Source: Phaeosaccion multiseriatum
Taxonomy: Eukaryota; Protista; Ochrophyta, other classes
Direction: 5' to 3'
Assembly (NCBI GenBank): GCA_965112735.1
Contig: OZ218953.1
Span: forward strand, 1,984,001-2,048,000
Length of the DNA: 64,000 nt
A model generated the notes under the pieces. That model was not told the origin of the DNA. It did no database searches and saw only the letters and a list, made by a program, of their open reading frames with translations. The position numbers were made by a program, and so were the translations under genes. This document shows positions 1 to 11,845 of the stretch, one piece after another (position 1 is the stretch's first letter; each line of letters starts with the position of its first letter).

Positions 1-295
1 ACGATGGGCGGCCAAGTTGACAACGAATAACTGGACCAGTGCTCACCGCTGCCAGAGCGCAGCGGTAAGGGTGGGGTCGAACAAAGGCGGCGTCCACTCC
101 TGTCCGTGTCTGTGTCTGTCGTCTCCCTCCCTTTTTCCTGACCCTGGCTGTGTGGCTTTTTCTCGCGTACAAAAACGCACTTGAAACGGAAAGGGGGATG
201 ATGATTGAGCGGATTTGGCGTGTTAGGGATATATATTACACCCTTAAGTGCCATCTATGGTTGTCTAAAAGTAATGTCTCACCGCCCCGGGGAAC

Positions 296-3200
296 TTAGC
301 CCTCGAGGTCGTGTCCCTCTGACTCATCAGTTCTTCCCATTGGAACAAAGTTGATACCAGCCAGGATCCTGTGGCGAACCGATCGTTCGTGTCGGGCCCG
401 CTGGAGCGCTACGGCTAATCGTCGCCGAATGACGCAAACAGCCCTCGCATAAGCCCTCGTGTCAAGATGTTCGTGCCCCCCAGCCATGTGGGTGGCGAGT
501 GTTTTGATAAACATCTGTGCTGACGGGCCAAATGCACCTTGCTGTTCTATTGCAAAAGGGACAAGGTGGTACCGCGTGGGGTCATAGTGGATGTCCCCAC
601 CCTGGCCTTCCATGCCTACCTGTGGCACCCCATACCTGGTCCGCTTGGTCGCTTCAGCCTTCTTGGCTGCCGCGAGTGCCTCCTTCGATGCCTTGGCCCG
701 GTTGGTGGTGTTGGCGGCATCTGTGAGCGTGACGTCGATCATGAGGGACTTGTGGCCGTCGCCATATTCATGATCGGACGGAAGCTCAAACATCCTGGGG
801 GGAGTCACGATGTCGATCTCCATCTGCTTGGCCACGTGGGCGTCACTCCTCACGGCGTTGCTCCCCCCTCTCCCTCGTCGCGGGGTGACCGTTCTTGCCC
901 TCATGAAGAAGGGGAAGCCGGTGTTCTGGACGATCCCTCTGCCCAGGCCCTGGCTCTTCAGCAGGGTGACAAGTGCCTTCTGCACAGCGTCGTGTTGGGG
1001 TGTGCTGAGCCCCGTCTTGGTGCAGGTGACGATGTGCCCCTCCGTCAGCGCCTTGCCAGAGCACTTATGACAGTCCTTGCTGTAGGTGGGGTCAAAGCCA
1101 AGTCTTCGCCGAATGGCACTCTTGTGCTCGGCGCCGGTCAGGTGGAGTGCTCCCCCTGCCGTCTTGGTCGGCTGAAGGTGGAGCCACGCACCAGCACCCT
1201 TCACGCTGTGGCTGAGGGCTCTGGCCAGGTACTTCTCCCGTTGGACCTGCTGTGGGATGGCTTTTAGTCGTTCCAAGAAGTCCGCCCTCGCCTTCGACGT
1301 GAGGAGCTTGGTGTAACGCTTCTGGGCGCCTCGCCGCTCTCCGTGTCGGCTGTGTGGAATGGAGGGTCCTCCCTCGTCCAACATCTTGGTCTCCTCTGAC
1401 CGCCAGCGTGGCCGGCCGTCCTCATCATCGTCATCACCACCGCCTGGTTCCACGTCATGCTCATCCTCCGGGGCTGCGTCACTGCCACCATCTGGGTCTT
1501 CGTCACGTTCACCCTGTGGGTCGTCCTGGCTCTCCCCCCCTGGGTCTGCCGCGCTATCAGAGGTTGGTCCATCTGCGGTCCCCTGCTGCCCTGCAGCCGC
1601 GTCGCACCCTTCCGCACCCACCCCAGGGTGTATCCCTGCGGCCCCAACATTATCACCTTCGTGTAAGTCTGCTCCTTCACCCCCAGATTGTGTCTCATCC
1701 CCCCCGGGGGCATCACTCGCAGCCGGTTGGTCCCCTCTGCCACCGACAGGTGTGTGCCCTTCATGCTCTGGGGTGTCGTCTCTCTCCGGGAAGAGCGTGG
1801 TGATCAGCCATGGCTCTCTCCATCTGTTGTCACTGAGGTGGGAGATGATTGGCGCCGCGCTGTACAGGGATGCTGTGATTGCCCATGGGGGGAGGTCACA
1901 GTATGTGGGCCCGAGCGCCCCTGGCAGCAAGCCTCCCCCCTTGGGGAGGAGAAGGGCCTCCGGTCTGCTGATGTGGCCGTGGGCGAGCAACACAGCCCAT
2001 CCTCGCGGAAGGGACTTGAGGAAGCGCTCCTGTTGACTGAGAGCACCTTGGGCTGCGTCTGCCTTGGGCGCGCTGGGGAGTTGGTCAAAGACACGTGCTG
2101 CTGTGTGGATGACCCGGATATGGTATCCGTTGGGTCCCTGCCCACACTGGGACAGGGCCTGTCTACTCCGCGGTCCCACCTCCCTGAGGGCGAAGGGGAG
2201 GGCTTGCATCGCCCCTGCCAGGAAGGCTGCGTCACAGAGCTCAGCTTGGGGGACGAGTCCCAAGCCCCCATCGCCCACCTTCAGTCTCGCCTGTCTCGCT
2301 CGCAGCTCATCACCCATGAGAGGGAGCATCCGGAAGGTGTCACTGCTCCTCTGAAGTGCCCTCTCCTCTTGCGCTGCCTTGTGCGCCTTGAGGATCGCCG
2401 TAACCGAGGTGCGCCCTGGATCCAGGGAATTGGTTGCTGTGTAGCCCACAAGAGTATCGAAGAGGGTAAGGGTGGGTCGGATGAAGTCCGGCGGGGTTAC
2501 CCTCATGAGGAAGTTGGCCTTGGGGGTCATCGACCTCACTGCCAGGTACATCGAGCTGGAGGAGTCGTCCATGTGCCCAGCGAGCTCGCTGAGCTGGGGC
2601 ATCACGCTGGTCATGCCTAGCTGCTCCTCGACATAGCGTTCCACAAAGGCACGCGTGCCAACTGGCGCTCCCACCACTACAGACCCTTCAGTGGCTAGTC
2701 GGGTGATGTACCTGGTGCCCCCCTGCGCCCCCTCCGTCTTCTCAAGCCATGCCCTCTCTTGTGGTGACAGCACCCGCCCCTTCCCCAGTAGCACGACGCA
2801 CTTGGTGAGATTGAGGGAGAGGCTGACCTCTGCAAGCCTACGGGCCATGAACTCCTGGCTCTCCAGGTTCGCGCGGTGATAGAGCGGCTCACCGCATGCG
2901 CCACTCACTCGCATATCATCCAGGTAGGCGGTGGCTCGCACTCCAGTGCCCTGCATGAGCCTATTGTGGTCGCGCAGGATGGGTAGGAGGAGGACGGCGT
3001 ACATGAGAGCGCCAATGGGGCAGCCCTGCAGCGAGCCTTGGGTGGAGCGGAAGCTGGCCACCATGTTGGCCCCCTGTTCCTTGTAGGGGTACAGGAGCAG
3101 TGGCCCTGCCCCTCCATAGAGGCCCTTAACATAGGCTGCCATGGTGGGCACCATCTGACAGATCTCCCGTACCATCTGCAGCCTCGACCCCTCATTGAAG

Positions 3201-3769
3201 GCATTGCGCGCGTCGTAGAGGAGCTGATCCCCCCCCTCGTAGCATTGCCATGCGAGTGCCGCCATCTTCTCCACCCCCCCCGGTATCGCTAAGCCTAGCT
3301 GACTCTCTGTCCCCAGTAGCTCCGCCAGGGCCATCACGTGTGTCTGCACTTCCAGTGACCCAAAGAGCCGTCGCTCCACATGGCCGCATGCTATTGGCCT
3401 GTGCTTCTTCTCTCCCGTGGCCTTGTTACGCTCTGGCAGTAGGGTAAGTGTGGAGGCTCTGTGGAGCTCCCAGAAGATGGCTGGGAGGCCGAGCCCAGCC
3501 TCCTCTCCTTGTTGTTTTGTAACTCGCTCCCATAAGTCACTGAGCCCTCTGATAACCTCCCCGCCCATCGTCCCATCCACAATGGCCGTGTAGACATGGT
3601 GATGGCGGAGTCCATTGGGGCCTGGGGCCCTCCCTTTCATGTCGGGGAGTCGGTCGTAGTATTTTTTGATGGTCGCTGCTTCGTGGCGTCCCTCTTCCAC
3701 TGCCTCCTCGTCCATGCGTGCCAGGAGGTCCTCATCAATTCCCCCCCCTTCCTCACATTCTCTCTCCAC
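296..3769 (-). CDS. Reverse transcriptase / zinc knuckle / REL endonuclease polyprotein (1157 aa from a GTG; true start uncertain)
   Basis: RT motifs: GRAPGPNG (domain 0), HRPIACG, QLG, YDARNAFN, GSLQGCPIG, AYLDD. C-terminal motifs: CHKC-x8-HIVTC knuckle, QHDAVQ (RHD-like), IDIV, IDVTLTD, KRTRYG (KxxKY-like) and LVPFAIEQQGAFG, typical of CRE/R2-type REL domains. Confidence 0.9.
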   Translation of the reverse strand: MERECEEGGGIDEDLLARMDEEAVEEGRHEAATIKKYYDRLPDMKGRAPGPNGLRHHHVYTAIVDGTMGGEVIRGLSDLWERVTKQQGEEAGLGLPAIFWELHRASTLTLLPERNKATGEKKHRPIACGHVERRLFGSLEVQTHVMALAELLGTESQLGLAIPGGVEKMAALAWQCYEGGDQLLYDARNAFNEGSRLQMVREICQMVPTMAAYVKGLYGGAGPLLLYPYKEQGANMVASFRSTQGSLQGCPIGALMYAVLLLPILRDHNRLMQGTGVRATAYLDDMRVSGACGEPLYHRANLESQEFMARRLAEVSLSLNLTKCVVLLGKGRVLSPQERAWLEKTEGAQGGTRYITRLATEGSVVVGAPVGTRAFVERYVEEQLGMTSVMPQLSELAGHMDDSSSSMYLAVRSMTPKANFLMRVTPPDFIRPTLTLFDTLVGYTATNSLDPGRTSVTAILKAHKAAQEERALQRSSDTFRMLPLMGDELRARQARLKVGDGGLGLVPQAELCDAAFLAGAMQALPFALREVGPRSRQALSQCGQGPNGYHIRVIHTAARVFDQLPSAPKADAAQGALSQQERFLKSLPRGWAVLLAHGHISRPEALLLPKGGGLLPGALGPTYCDLPPWAITASLYSAAPIISHLSDNRWREPWLITTLFPERDDTPEHEGHTPVGGRGDQPAASDAPGGDETQSGGEGADLHEGDNVGAAGIHPGVGAEGCDAAAGQQGTADGPTSDSAADPGGESQDDPQGERDEDPDGGSDAAPEDEHDVEPGGGDDDDEDGRPRWRSEETKMLDEGGPSIPHSRHGERRGAQKRYTKLLTSKARADFLERLKAIPQQVQREKYLARALSHSVKGAGAWLHLQPTKTAGGALHLTGAEHKSAIRRRLGFDPTYSKDCHKCSGKALTEGHIVTCTKTGLSTPQHDAVQKALVTLLKSQGLGRGIVQNTGFPFFMRARTVTPRRGRGGSNAVRSDAHVAKQMEIDIVTPPRMFELPSDHEYGDGHKSLMIDVTLTDAANTTNRAKASKEALAAAKKAEATKRTRYGVPQVGMEGQGGDIHYDPTRYHLVPFAIEQQGAFGPSAQMFIKTLATHMAGGHEHLDTRAYARAVCVIRRRLAVALQRARHERSVRHRILAGINFVPMGRTDESEGHDLEG

Positions 3770-3841
3770 CGCCTCCTGGTCTCCAATGGCGTGTGTGTGA
3801 GGATGGCACTGGATGTGGTTTGACTTGTACCTGCATGGACA
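296..3841 (-). mobile_element. Non-LTR retrotransposon of the RT + restriction-like endonuclease class (CRE-clade-like), apparently 5'-truncated
   Basis: One intronless frame is open from 3841 (just after an in-frame TAA at 3842-3844) to the stop at 296-298, in an otherwise intron-rich genome. Domain order is RT, then CCHC knuckle, then REL endonuclease. No poly(A) tail was seen and the ends are not firmly defined. Confidence 0.88.
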
Positions 3842-3856
3842 TTATTAAGAACAAAG

Positions 3857-4659
3857 ATGGATGGCTTGGCTGCAGAAGCGAGGGTCGCCACGCAGCGCCA
3901 AGCGTCCAACACAGCTACTACCCTCAGCTGCATTGACGCGCTGCTCGCCCAGCTACAACAGACAAGCATTGCGCTCGACTCTATCGAAAGAGAGGAGGGA
4001 CAAAGATCAGAAGAAGGACAGTCTGAAAGTGAGCCTTCTGCAGCCCCGTGGGCGGAATTACCCCCTGCAGTTGATGGCACGGCTGCTGCTGTAGCGGATG
4101 CTCCCACTGGATCGGGGTCGGAGACGGAGGCGACTGAGAAGGCCGCCAAGGCGCTGCGAGTCCTGAAACAACAGGTGTGTGCGTATATGCGTGTGTGTAC
4201 ATAGTTAGAAGCGAACTCGAAGATGGGATGATGAATGGCGTGGCTTTTCCTCCGAAGCTTGTAGAACGGCATGTTTCCTCATCGTGTTTCCGTTAGTTAA
4301 CTCTCCCTCCCTTCCCCTCCCTCGCCACAGGTCCGCAGCAGCAAGGCCGTCGCTCTGGTGACGCTAGAGCACAAGTCCTTCCATGCGGGCATCAGCAGGC
4401 TGAGCAAAGCAGTCGCCAGACACACAACGTTACCTTTGGACGAGGTCCTTCGAGAGCAGCCGCTGCAGCAAGACGCCATGACTGAGCTGTTGGTGCGGAA
4501 CATGTACCATAGGGGCTACTTTGAGACGGCGGACATGCTGGCCGAGAGGACAGGCATGGCTTATCCGGAGCACTGCAAGGCCGCCCTCGTAGCGATACAC
4601 GAGGTAAGATTCTCCTCTTTCTCCTCTTTCTCCTCCTCCTCCTCCTCCTCCTCCTCCTC

Positions 4660-4752
<93 letters not shown>

Positions 4753-5233
4753 TACTACTACTCCTACTTCTACTACTACTAACTCCCCCTCCTCCTCCTA
4801 ACTCCCCCTCTCATCTGCCCCTCTCCTGCAGGTGCTGCGCGCTATGCAGGTGCAAGACTTGGGTCCCGCAAGGCAGTGGCTGGAGAGGAACCGTACCCCC
4901 TTGGAGCGCATCGGAAGCACGCTGGACCTGCAGCTGGTGCGCCTGGCCTTCCTCCTGTGTCTGGAGACCGAGAGGTCGGACCACCACCCGGGAGGGCGGG
5001 ACACAACGGGGCAGAGCGATGCCAGCCTCGGGCAGCAGCAGCATAAGGCGGTGCTGTTTGCTCAGGAGAACTTTCCACGCTTCGCATCCACTCACATGAA
5101 GGTATGGGCATTTATTGACTTATTGGAATCAACCTAAGAGTTACGTATATGTGTGTGCGAGGAGGCTCCTTTCTCACAGCATGTGTGTTTCTTTGCGAGC
5201 ATGGTTTGACTCAGCAATTTTCTCCCTCTCCCA

Positions 5234-5304
<71 letters not shown>

Positions 5305-5753
5305 GCGAATGCAAAACAATACCCCCGCCCCCCCCCCCCAAACACCACACCCCCTACTCCACCCGCCCTCTACCCGAGGAGGAGGTGCAGGAGCTCATGG
5401 CCTGCATGCTTTGGGCGGGTAGGCTTGGCGACTCCCCGTATGCCCACCTGCTGGGGGAGGAGGTATGGACCGAGGCTTGCCACACACTCATCGTGGACGG
5501 CTGCACAATAGCTGGGCTGCCACGCCAGAGCGCCCTCACCATCCTCTACGAGGCGGGCATGCTGGCGCTCCCCATCATGGTGAAAATGGCCAAGGTAAGA
5601 GGGATTGCGTTCGGAGGGTAAGGAGGGTGAAGGACGGACGCAAGGAGAGAGATTGAGGTGGGGGAGGGGGGCAGGAGGAGGAGTAGAAGTAGAAGAGTAG
5701 TAGCGGCAGCAGCAGTAGCAGCAGCAGCAGTAGTCGTAGTAGTAGTAGTAGTG

Positions 5754-5816
<63 letters not shown>

Positions 5817-6249
5817 AGATTAGAAGAAGTCGAAGTAGGAAGAAGTCGAAGTAGGAGGAGGAGGTCCTTCCTCGCTTCCTCTTCCCTCAAGCTTCCCTCT
5901 TCCCCCTCTTCTCTTTCCAACCAAAACCCAACATCAATCCAACTCCCTACCCACACTGCCTTCTTAGGTGGTACGCAGCAGCGGCAAGGATTGGAATAGC
6001 CTTGCTGAGCTCCTCCCCGTGGAGATCCCCCTGGATGCATCCATGCTCTTCCACTCCAACTTCACTTGCCCCATCTCGAGAGAGCAAGCCACCCCCGATA
6101 ACCCGCCGGTGCTGCTCACGTGCGGCCATGTGATTTGCCAAAATAGCCTTCGCAGGATTGCGCGGATCGCGGAAGATCGGCAGGTGTTTAAGTGCCCCAC
6201 ATGCCCGCGAGAGCAGCGAGAGGAGGAGACGAAGGTGCTGTATCTGTAG
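3857..6249 (+). CDS. RMND5: RMND5/Gid2 homolog, RING subunit of the CTLH/GID E3 ubiquitin ligase. Five exons: 3857-4174, 4331-4603, 4832-5101, ~5379/5382-5594, 5968-6249
   Basis: LisH-like (ELLVRNMYHRGYFETADML), CTLH (VLRAMQVQDLGPARQWL) and CRA (AVLFAQENFPRFASTHMK...VQELMACMLW) segments, and a C-terminal degenerate RING (FHSNFTCPISREQATPDNPPVLLTCGHVI...FKCPTCP). GT-AG phase-0 introns join the frames. Confidence 0.92.
4631..4780. repeat. Intronic (TCC)n-(TAC)n microsatellite
   Basis: Read directly; lies in RMND5 intron 2 and explains the spurious poly-Tyr ORF. Confidence 0.95.
5695..5812. repeat. Intronic (GTA/GCA)n microsatellite
   Basis: Read directly; RMND5 intron 4. Confidence 0.9.
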
Positions 6250-7241
6250 CAGCGGAGCATGGGGCGAAGGAAAGGAGGCAGGCGAGAGAGAGAAAGGAGA
6301 GAGTGAGGGTGTGTGTGTGAGAGAGAGGGAGACAGAGAGAGAGAGAGGCATGCCACGTGTCTACCAGCCATGCGCCAAATCCTTGGTGCGGGTGGTCGAT
6401 GGACGGACCGTTGGAGATGAGGGTCTGCTTATCCACCCCAGTCCACCCTCCTCGCCAGGCTAAGACCAGACACATATGGGCGAGGGGCTCCTGTTACCGC
6501 GTGCGAGGGAGGAAGCAGAGCGAACCGGACTTGGAACGACATACTGAAGAAGGAGGGCTTCCTGTTTTTTCTCGTGCACCTAACGGGGTGCGAAGAGCCG
6601 AGCTTTGTCGGTGCTGTACTGCTGGAGACAAGGCTGAGAGGGTGCGTGTGTGGCTGCCCGAAGAGACTTTCGCTCTTTGCTGGTCAGCGCTCTTCGCTGG
6701 GCCGCTGTTTGACGCACGCAATGCGGATGTGAGAGCGGACGAGAGGAGCAGAGCTGCCCCCTCCAGGCTCTGTACTGCCACCAGTATGTCAGTCAGTCAG
6801 GGGAGGGGTACCGCCGCTGCACACCAGAAGAAGCAAGGAAGTGTGGGTGGCCTTTTTTCTTCGTTTTTTTTATTCTCTGTTTACTGTTTACTGTTTACAC
6901 CCTCATTGCTGCGTTGTGCGGGAGAGCGGCAACAGCAGCCGCAGTTGGTGGCGCAGCAGCCAGGGGGAGAAGGAAAGTTGTCCATGACAAGAGTGCCTCT
7001 GGCGGAGGAAACAGTGTTGGTCCATGGATGACGCCGCTTCCCTGGCTTCCCTAACCAACAACGCTGGAGGAGGAGGATCGATCTATCTTCAGGACGCCTG
7101 GGCACGAGCACAGGCCGAGAAGGGGGAGACAGGGAAGGTCTTGGGGTAGAGAGGAGAGCAAGATGGAAAGGAACATCTGTGAATGCCCCAGCGGCGCGGC
7201 ATCATCAGCTTTTTGGGTCACAGGTCCGTACACAGCAGCAT

Positions 7242-7272
<31 letters not shown>

Positions 7273-7516
7273 CGAAGCAGCAATAGCACCAAGAGCAGTA
7301 GCAGTGGCAGCAGCAGCAACAACAACGGCTGCGGCAGCACTGGGCGGCAGCTCAGGAGCAGGGCCCTCCTCTGCCGAAAGACTCGAAAGACTGGCCAAGC
7401 GAACCCGAGTTGTGAGAGGGCGTCGTCCTCATGTACGTACAACATACATACACACTGGATGACAATGCGGGAAAACGTAGGAGAGCGCGCACGACTGGGA
7501 GCGACGAGCCGCAGAC

Positions 7517-7563
<47 letters not shown>

Positions 7564-7921
7564 TTATGGCGCACTATGAACACACTGTTGTGCTGCTGTC
7601 GCTGCTGAAATGTATGCCGCTTACAGCAGTAGTTCGAGGCTGCTACACTTTGCTCTGCCAGCGTGACATGGGCGATGGAAGGAAAACTGGTAATGCATTA
7701 GGATTCGATCACAGAAACACAAGCTCGCTCGCCGTCCTGCGTGCCTACTGCTCGCTCCCCTTACCCAACCAGATGCAGCCGTGCCCTCCCAGATGCCTGA
7801 CAAACCCAGCAGGTGGGCTGAAAGACGGGCCCCAGGACGTCGAAAATTTACCGTCTACTGCCATCCATTCGTCGGAGGCTGACCACCTACTGCCATCCAC
7901 ATCTACGGGTAGACCATCCCT

Positions 7922-8639
7922 CTACTTCTTGGCCTTGGCCTTCTTCACCCCCCGCTGCTTCTTGGCGCGCTTCATAGCTTGAGCGGCGGCCGCAAGTCCC
8001 GGCGTTGAGAGCTTGACATCCCCAATCATGGCGGCCACAAGCTCCGTGTCCTTGAGAGATTTGATGAGGTCCTTCTCGGCAGGGAGGCACTCCTTCAGCC
8101 GACAGAACACCTCCACAGCCTGGGGGGAAGGAGGGTCATGCATCAGACCATGAAGGGGGAGAGGGGGGGGGCGGGGGAGGCCAGAGAGAGAGAGAGAGAC
8201 CGGGGCCATCGTGAGATTGAGTGTTGATGGGGTGCACTCCTCCTCCTCCTCCTCCTCCTCCTCCTCCTCTTCTTCTTCTTACCTGCTTCGCCGCCTTGCC
8301 CTTCTTCTGCGTCCCTGGCGTGAGCTTAACCTTATACTTGTACTTCTGTATGGCCATGTACGGCGCACACACAGGCACGCAGTACAACATCAAGTCGTCG
8401 CCAAAAGGCAACCCCGTCAGCAGCCCAAGCTCGCTCGCATCCCCGCCGTCCCCTCCCCCTCCCCTCCCCGCCCCACCGCCCTCCTGGTCCAGTAACTCTT
8501 GCATCTCATCCTCCTCGAGCTTCTTCTGTGCGCGGTTGCTCAGGCCCGCCCTTGCCACGGCCGTGCTGCTGCCAGCTTCTTCGTGCTGCTCGTCACTCTG
8601 CTGTGGCTGCTGCTGTGGTGGTGGTGGTGGTGGTGGTGG

Positions 8640-8680
<41 letters not shown>

Positions 8681-9884
8681 GCATATCGTCGTCGTCGTCC
8701 TCTTCGTCCTCATCATCGAGGTCGTCGCCAACAGTCTCATCATCATGAACTTCACCGCTATTATCATCACCCGTTGCAGCACTAGCAGCCCCCGCCCCCT
8801 TCTGCGGGGCGATGCTGCTGCTGCTGCTGCTGCGGCTGCTGCTGCTGCTGCCATTGGTGCCGGTGCCGGAGCGTGCCTCCGCCCTGGTGCCGTACCCTCG
8901 CATGATCCCCGCCAGAAAGGCGCTCTTGTTCCTGACCTTGGCCAGGTCTGCCCCGCCATACTCCTCCACAATGCGCAAAGCGTCTTCCTCCTCGAACTTG
9001 GCCAAGGAGCGCAGCTCAAACGCATCCACTTCCACCCCTCCACGCACCCCCCTCCCTCTCCCTCCTCCTCCGCCACCCCCTCCGGCCTTGGAGAACTTCT
9101 CTGCAATCTGCGCCAGTGCCTCCCGCACGGCCGATGGAAGCGCCGCCTTTGCTTCCACCAGGTCTCCTCCCTCCAGCTCCTCTAGATTCCTCCTTGCCGA
9201 CTCCTTCTTGCGAGCTCGGATCGAGGACGACGCCCCCCCCTCTTTGCCTTGATCTCCGCCGCCCTCGTCGTCGTCGTCGCTATTGTCACTTCCCTCGTTG
9301 TTGTCCCTACTCGCCAAGCCCAGAGCCTGTAGCGCGAGGAGCTTGTCCTCCTCGTCCTGCTCCGCGTACTTCTTCTTCATCCGCTTCAGCTTGCCCTTCT
9401 TGCCCCTAACCACCTTCTCTTTCTCCTTCTCCTTGTTCGTGCCCTTTTCCTTCTCCTTGGCCTCGCTTTGCCCCTGGTCTTTCTTGCACTCCTCCTTCTC
9501 CTTCTTCTCCTTCTCCTCCTCCTTATCCTCGTCCTCCCCCCCTCCCTCCTCCCCCTGCTTCTCGTCATCACGCTCCGCCACTGCATTGTCCTGAAGGGGC
9601 TGCTCTCCTCCTTCTGCACTCCCTCCCTTCTTCAGCCTCTTCCTCTCTTTCGCACTGAGCCTCCGCTTGCCTCCCTCGGCCCTTCGTTGTTTCGGCGTCT
9701 GCTGCTGCCCCTCTGACTCCTCAGCAGCACGCCCACCCCCTCCCCCTTTCCCTGCTGAAGGTACCCCCGCTGCTGCCGCTTCCCCACTTACCGATCCCGC
9801 GGCCGCACTCTTGTCACCATTCTGCCCTCCCCTCTTCCCTTCATCTTGTTCTATCCGACCCCCGCCGTGCTGCTCCGCATATGA

Positions 9885-9925
<41 letters not shown>

Positions 9926-11802
9926 CATACGACTGCCGATTCGGCCGCCTCCCCCCCCTCGCCGGTGTCCCTACAATAACGTCGCCTGAGGGCTGCGGCA
10001 TGACAGCATTCGCCATTCGCAAGTCCCTCTCCCGCTCCTTCTCCTTCCCGTCTCCCCCGCCCGCTGCTGCACCCTCACCAACCCCCTCTGTCCCGCGCCC
10101 CTCGGCCACGTCCTCGTCCTCGCCGCCCGCCCCCCGTTCCTTCCTCTCGTCCTTGTGTCGCTCAAGACATGACTCCTCCAGACGGAAGAGTAGTGCAAGC
10201 CCCATCTCCAATGCCCGGGGGGGCAGAAAGTTCTTCTTGCCTCGCACCATGAATGATCCTGACACCAAGTATTCGCCGGTAGGAGCCGTCTTGGACACTT
10301 GGTGGGCGTGTACCCACCACGCGGATGTGATGATTTTGTTGCTCCAGGCTGCGCTGCGACACACCGCCATACACCCGGCCTCCTGCAGTGTCTGCTGACC
10401 GATGGGCTGCTCGCCAGATGGGTCCTTGCTGCGAACCTGATGGCGGTTACATAGCGGTAATATAGCGGTTACAAGGGAGGAAGGGGTAGGGGCAGGGGGG
10501 GGGGAGGCAGGAAGGCAAGAGGGAGGGGGGGAGATGGTGAACTCTGTTGCCCACCATGGATGCGAGATACACGTACCCATTGATGATATGCATGCAATCT
10601 CACTCACTCACTCACTCACTCACTCACTCACTCACTCACTCACTCACTCACTCACTCACTCACTCACAAACCCACTCACTCACCCACTCACTCACCCACC
10701 CCCTCCCCCCTCACACCACTCCACTCACCACACAGGACGAGGCCCCATGAATGTCTGCATGCAGATACACATCGCAAGGCCGCATATAGCGTTTCACGAT
10801 GAGCTCGTTCTGATGCGGGTCCTTGCCGCTGATGACGAGATAGTCCTCGCTGCTGATGAACCAGTTGAACTTTTCGAACCAGTGCACCTTCCGCGCCACA
10901 GACAAGTTACCGATACGCTTGCTCGCGGCCTTGGCAAGCTCTATCTCTGTCACCTTCTCCGCCTGTGTGTGTGTGGGTGGGTGGGTGTATGTGTATGTGT
11001 GGGTGTGTGCGTGTGGAGGATGCCATTTCTAAGGGTCAGATTCAGTGATGCTTCTGTGAGAGAAAGCGATCTTGATACAAAGGGAGTGAGAGAGGGAGAA
11101 AAGGAGATGTAGAGACAGCAGAGAGAGAGGGGAGAATTGGGAGAGAGGGAGTGGGAGGGGGGAGAGAGGGAGAGAGAGATGGAGGGGGCGAGAGAGAGGA
11201 GAGGTAGACAGCAAGAGACAAGAGAGTGGGAGCCATGAACGTTCTCACCTTCTGAAGGGCCTTCCCGCTAGCCTCGAGTGTGCGCAGCTCCTTCTCCCTG
11301 GCCTGCTTCTTCCTCTCGTACATTAGAGCAGCGTTGGCACGGGCAGAGGAGTCCACATCGGCCACCACCTGCAGCACAGCACAGCGGTTGGTGATACAGC
11401 ACAGCACAGGTGCATGGAGATGGGTGGGTGTAGGGAAGCACATGAGGGGATACATGGGTGGGTGTATGGAGGCATACAGGTGTGGTATGTGTACCCGTGG
11501 ATGTATGGAAGCATCTGCGGGCACCCCTACCTTGACGAGCTGCCCCCCCTCTTCTTTCATGCCGATGACGACCTGCCTCTTGTCGAGCTTGAGCGAGTCA
11601 ATCAGACCGGCGATAGGGTTGCCATTGCGCTTCTCGGTGGCTACGAGCTCCTCCAGTGCCCCCCAGCCAATGTTGTTGTCAAGGGCGCTGCGCACAACGA
11701 GCAGGGCCTTGTCGACTTCATCTGCGTGTGCCTCCATGAGTTGAGCGTGGCTAAGCATCATGTCCTGCTTCTCCTCGAGGAGGAGGCGGCGCTTGTTCTT
11801 TG

Positions 11803-11845
<43 letters not shown>

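Noticed and set aside
244-257. 14-bp word TAGATGGCACTTAA (minus strand here) recurs at 63076-63089 (plus strand), both in promoter-like intergenic DNA
   Set aside because: Several exact 14-mer matches are expected by chance in a 64-kb self-comparison. Two copies are not enough without a genome-wide enrichment test.
247-3862. Loose inverted similarity at the two ends of the retroelement (gatggcact; gacatta...gatggc)
   Set aside because: Short and gapped. The encoded protein is RT-REL, not a transposase, so terminal inverted repeats are not expected.
6250-7921. ORFs 6357-7031, 7051-7398, 7163-7462 and 7431-7982 between RMND5 and NEMF
   Set aside because: No recognisable motifs; driven by CAG and CA repeats in the region between convergent 3' ends, with no convincing splice model.
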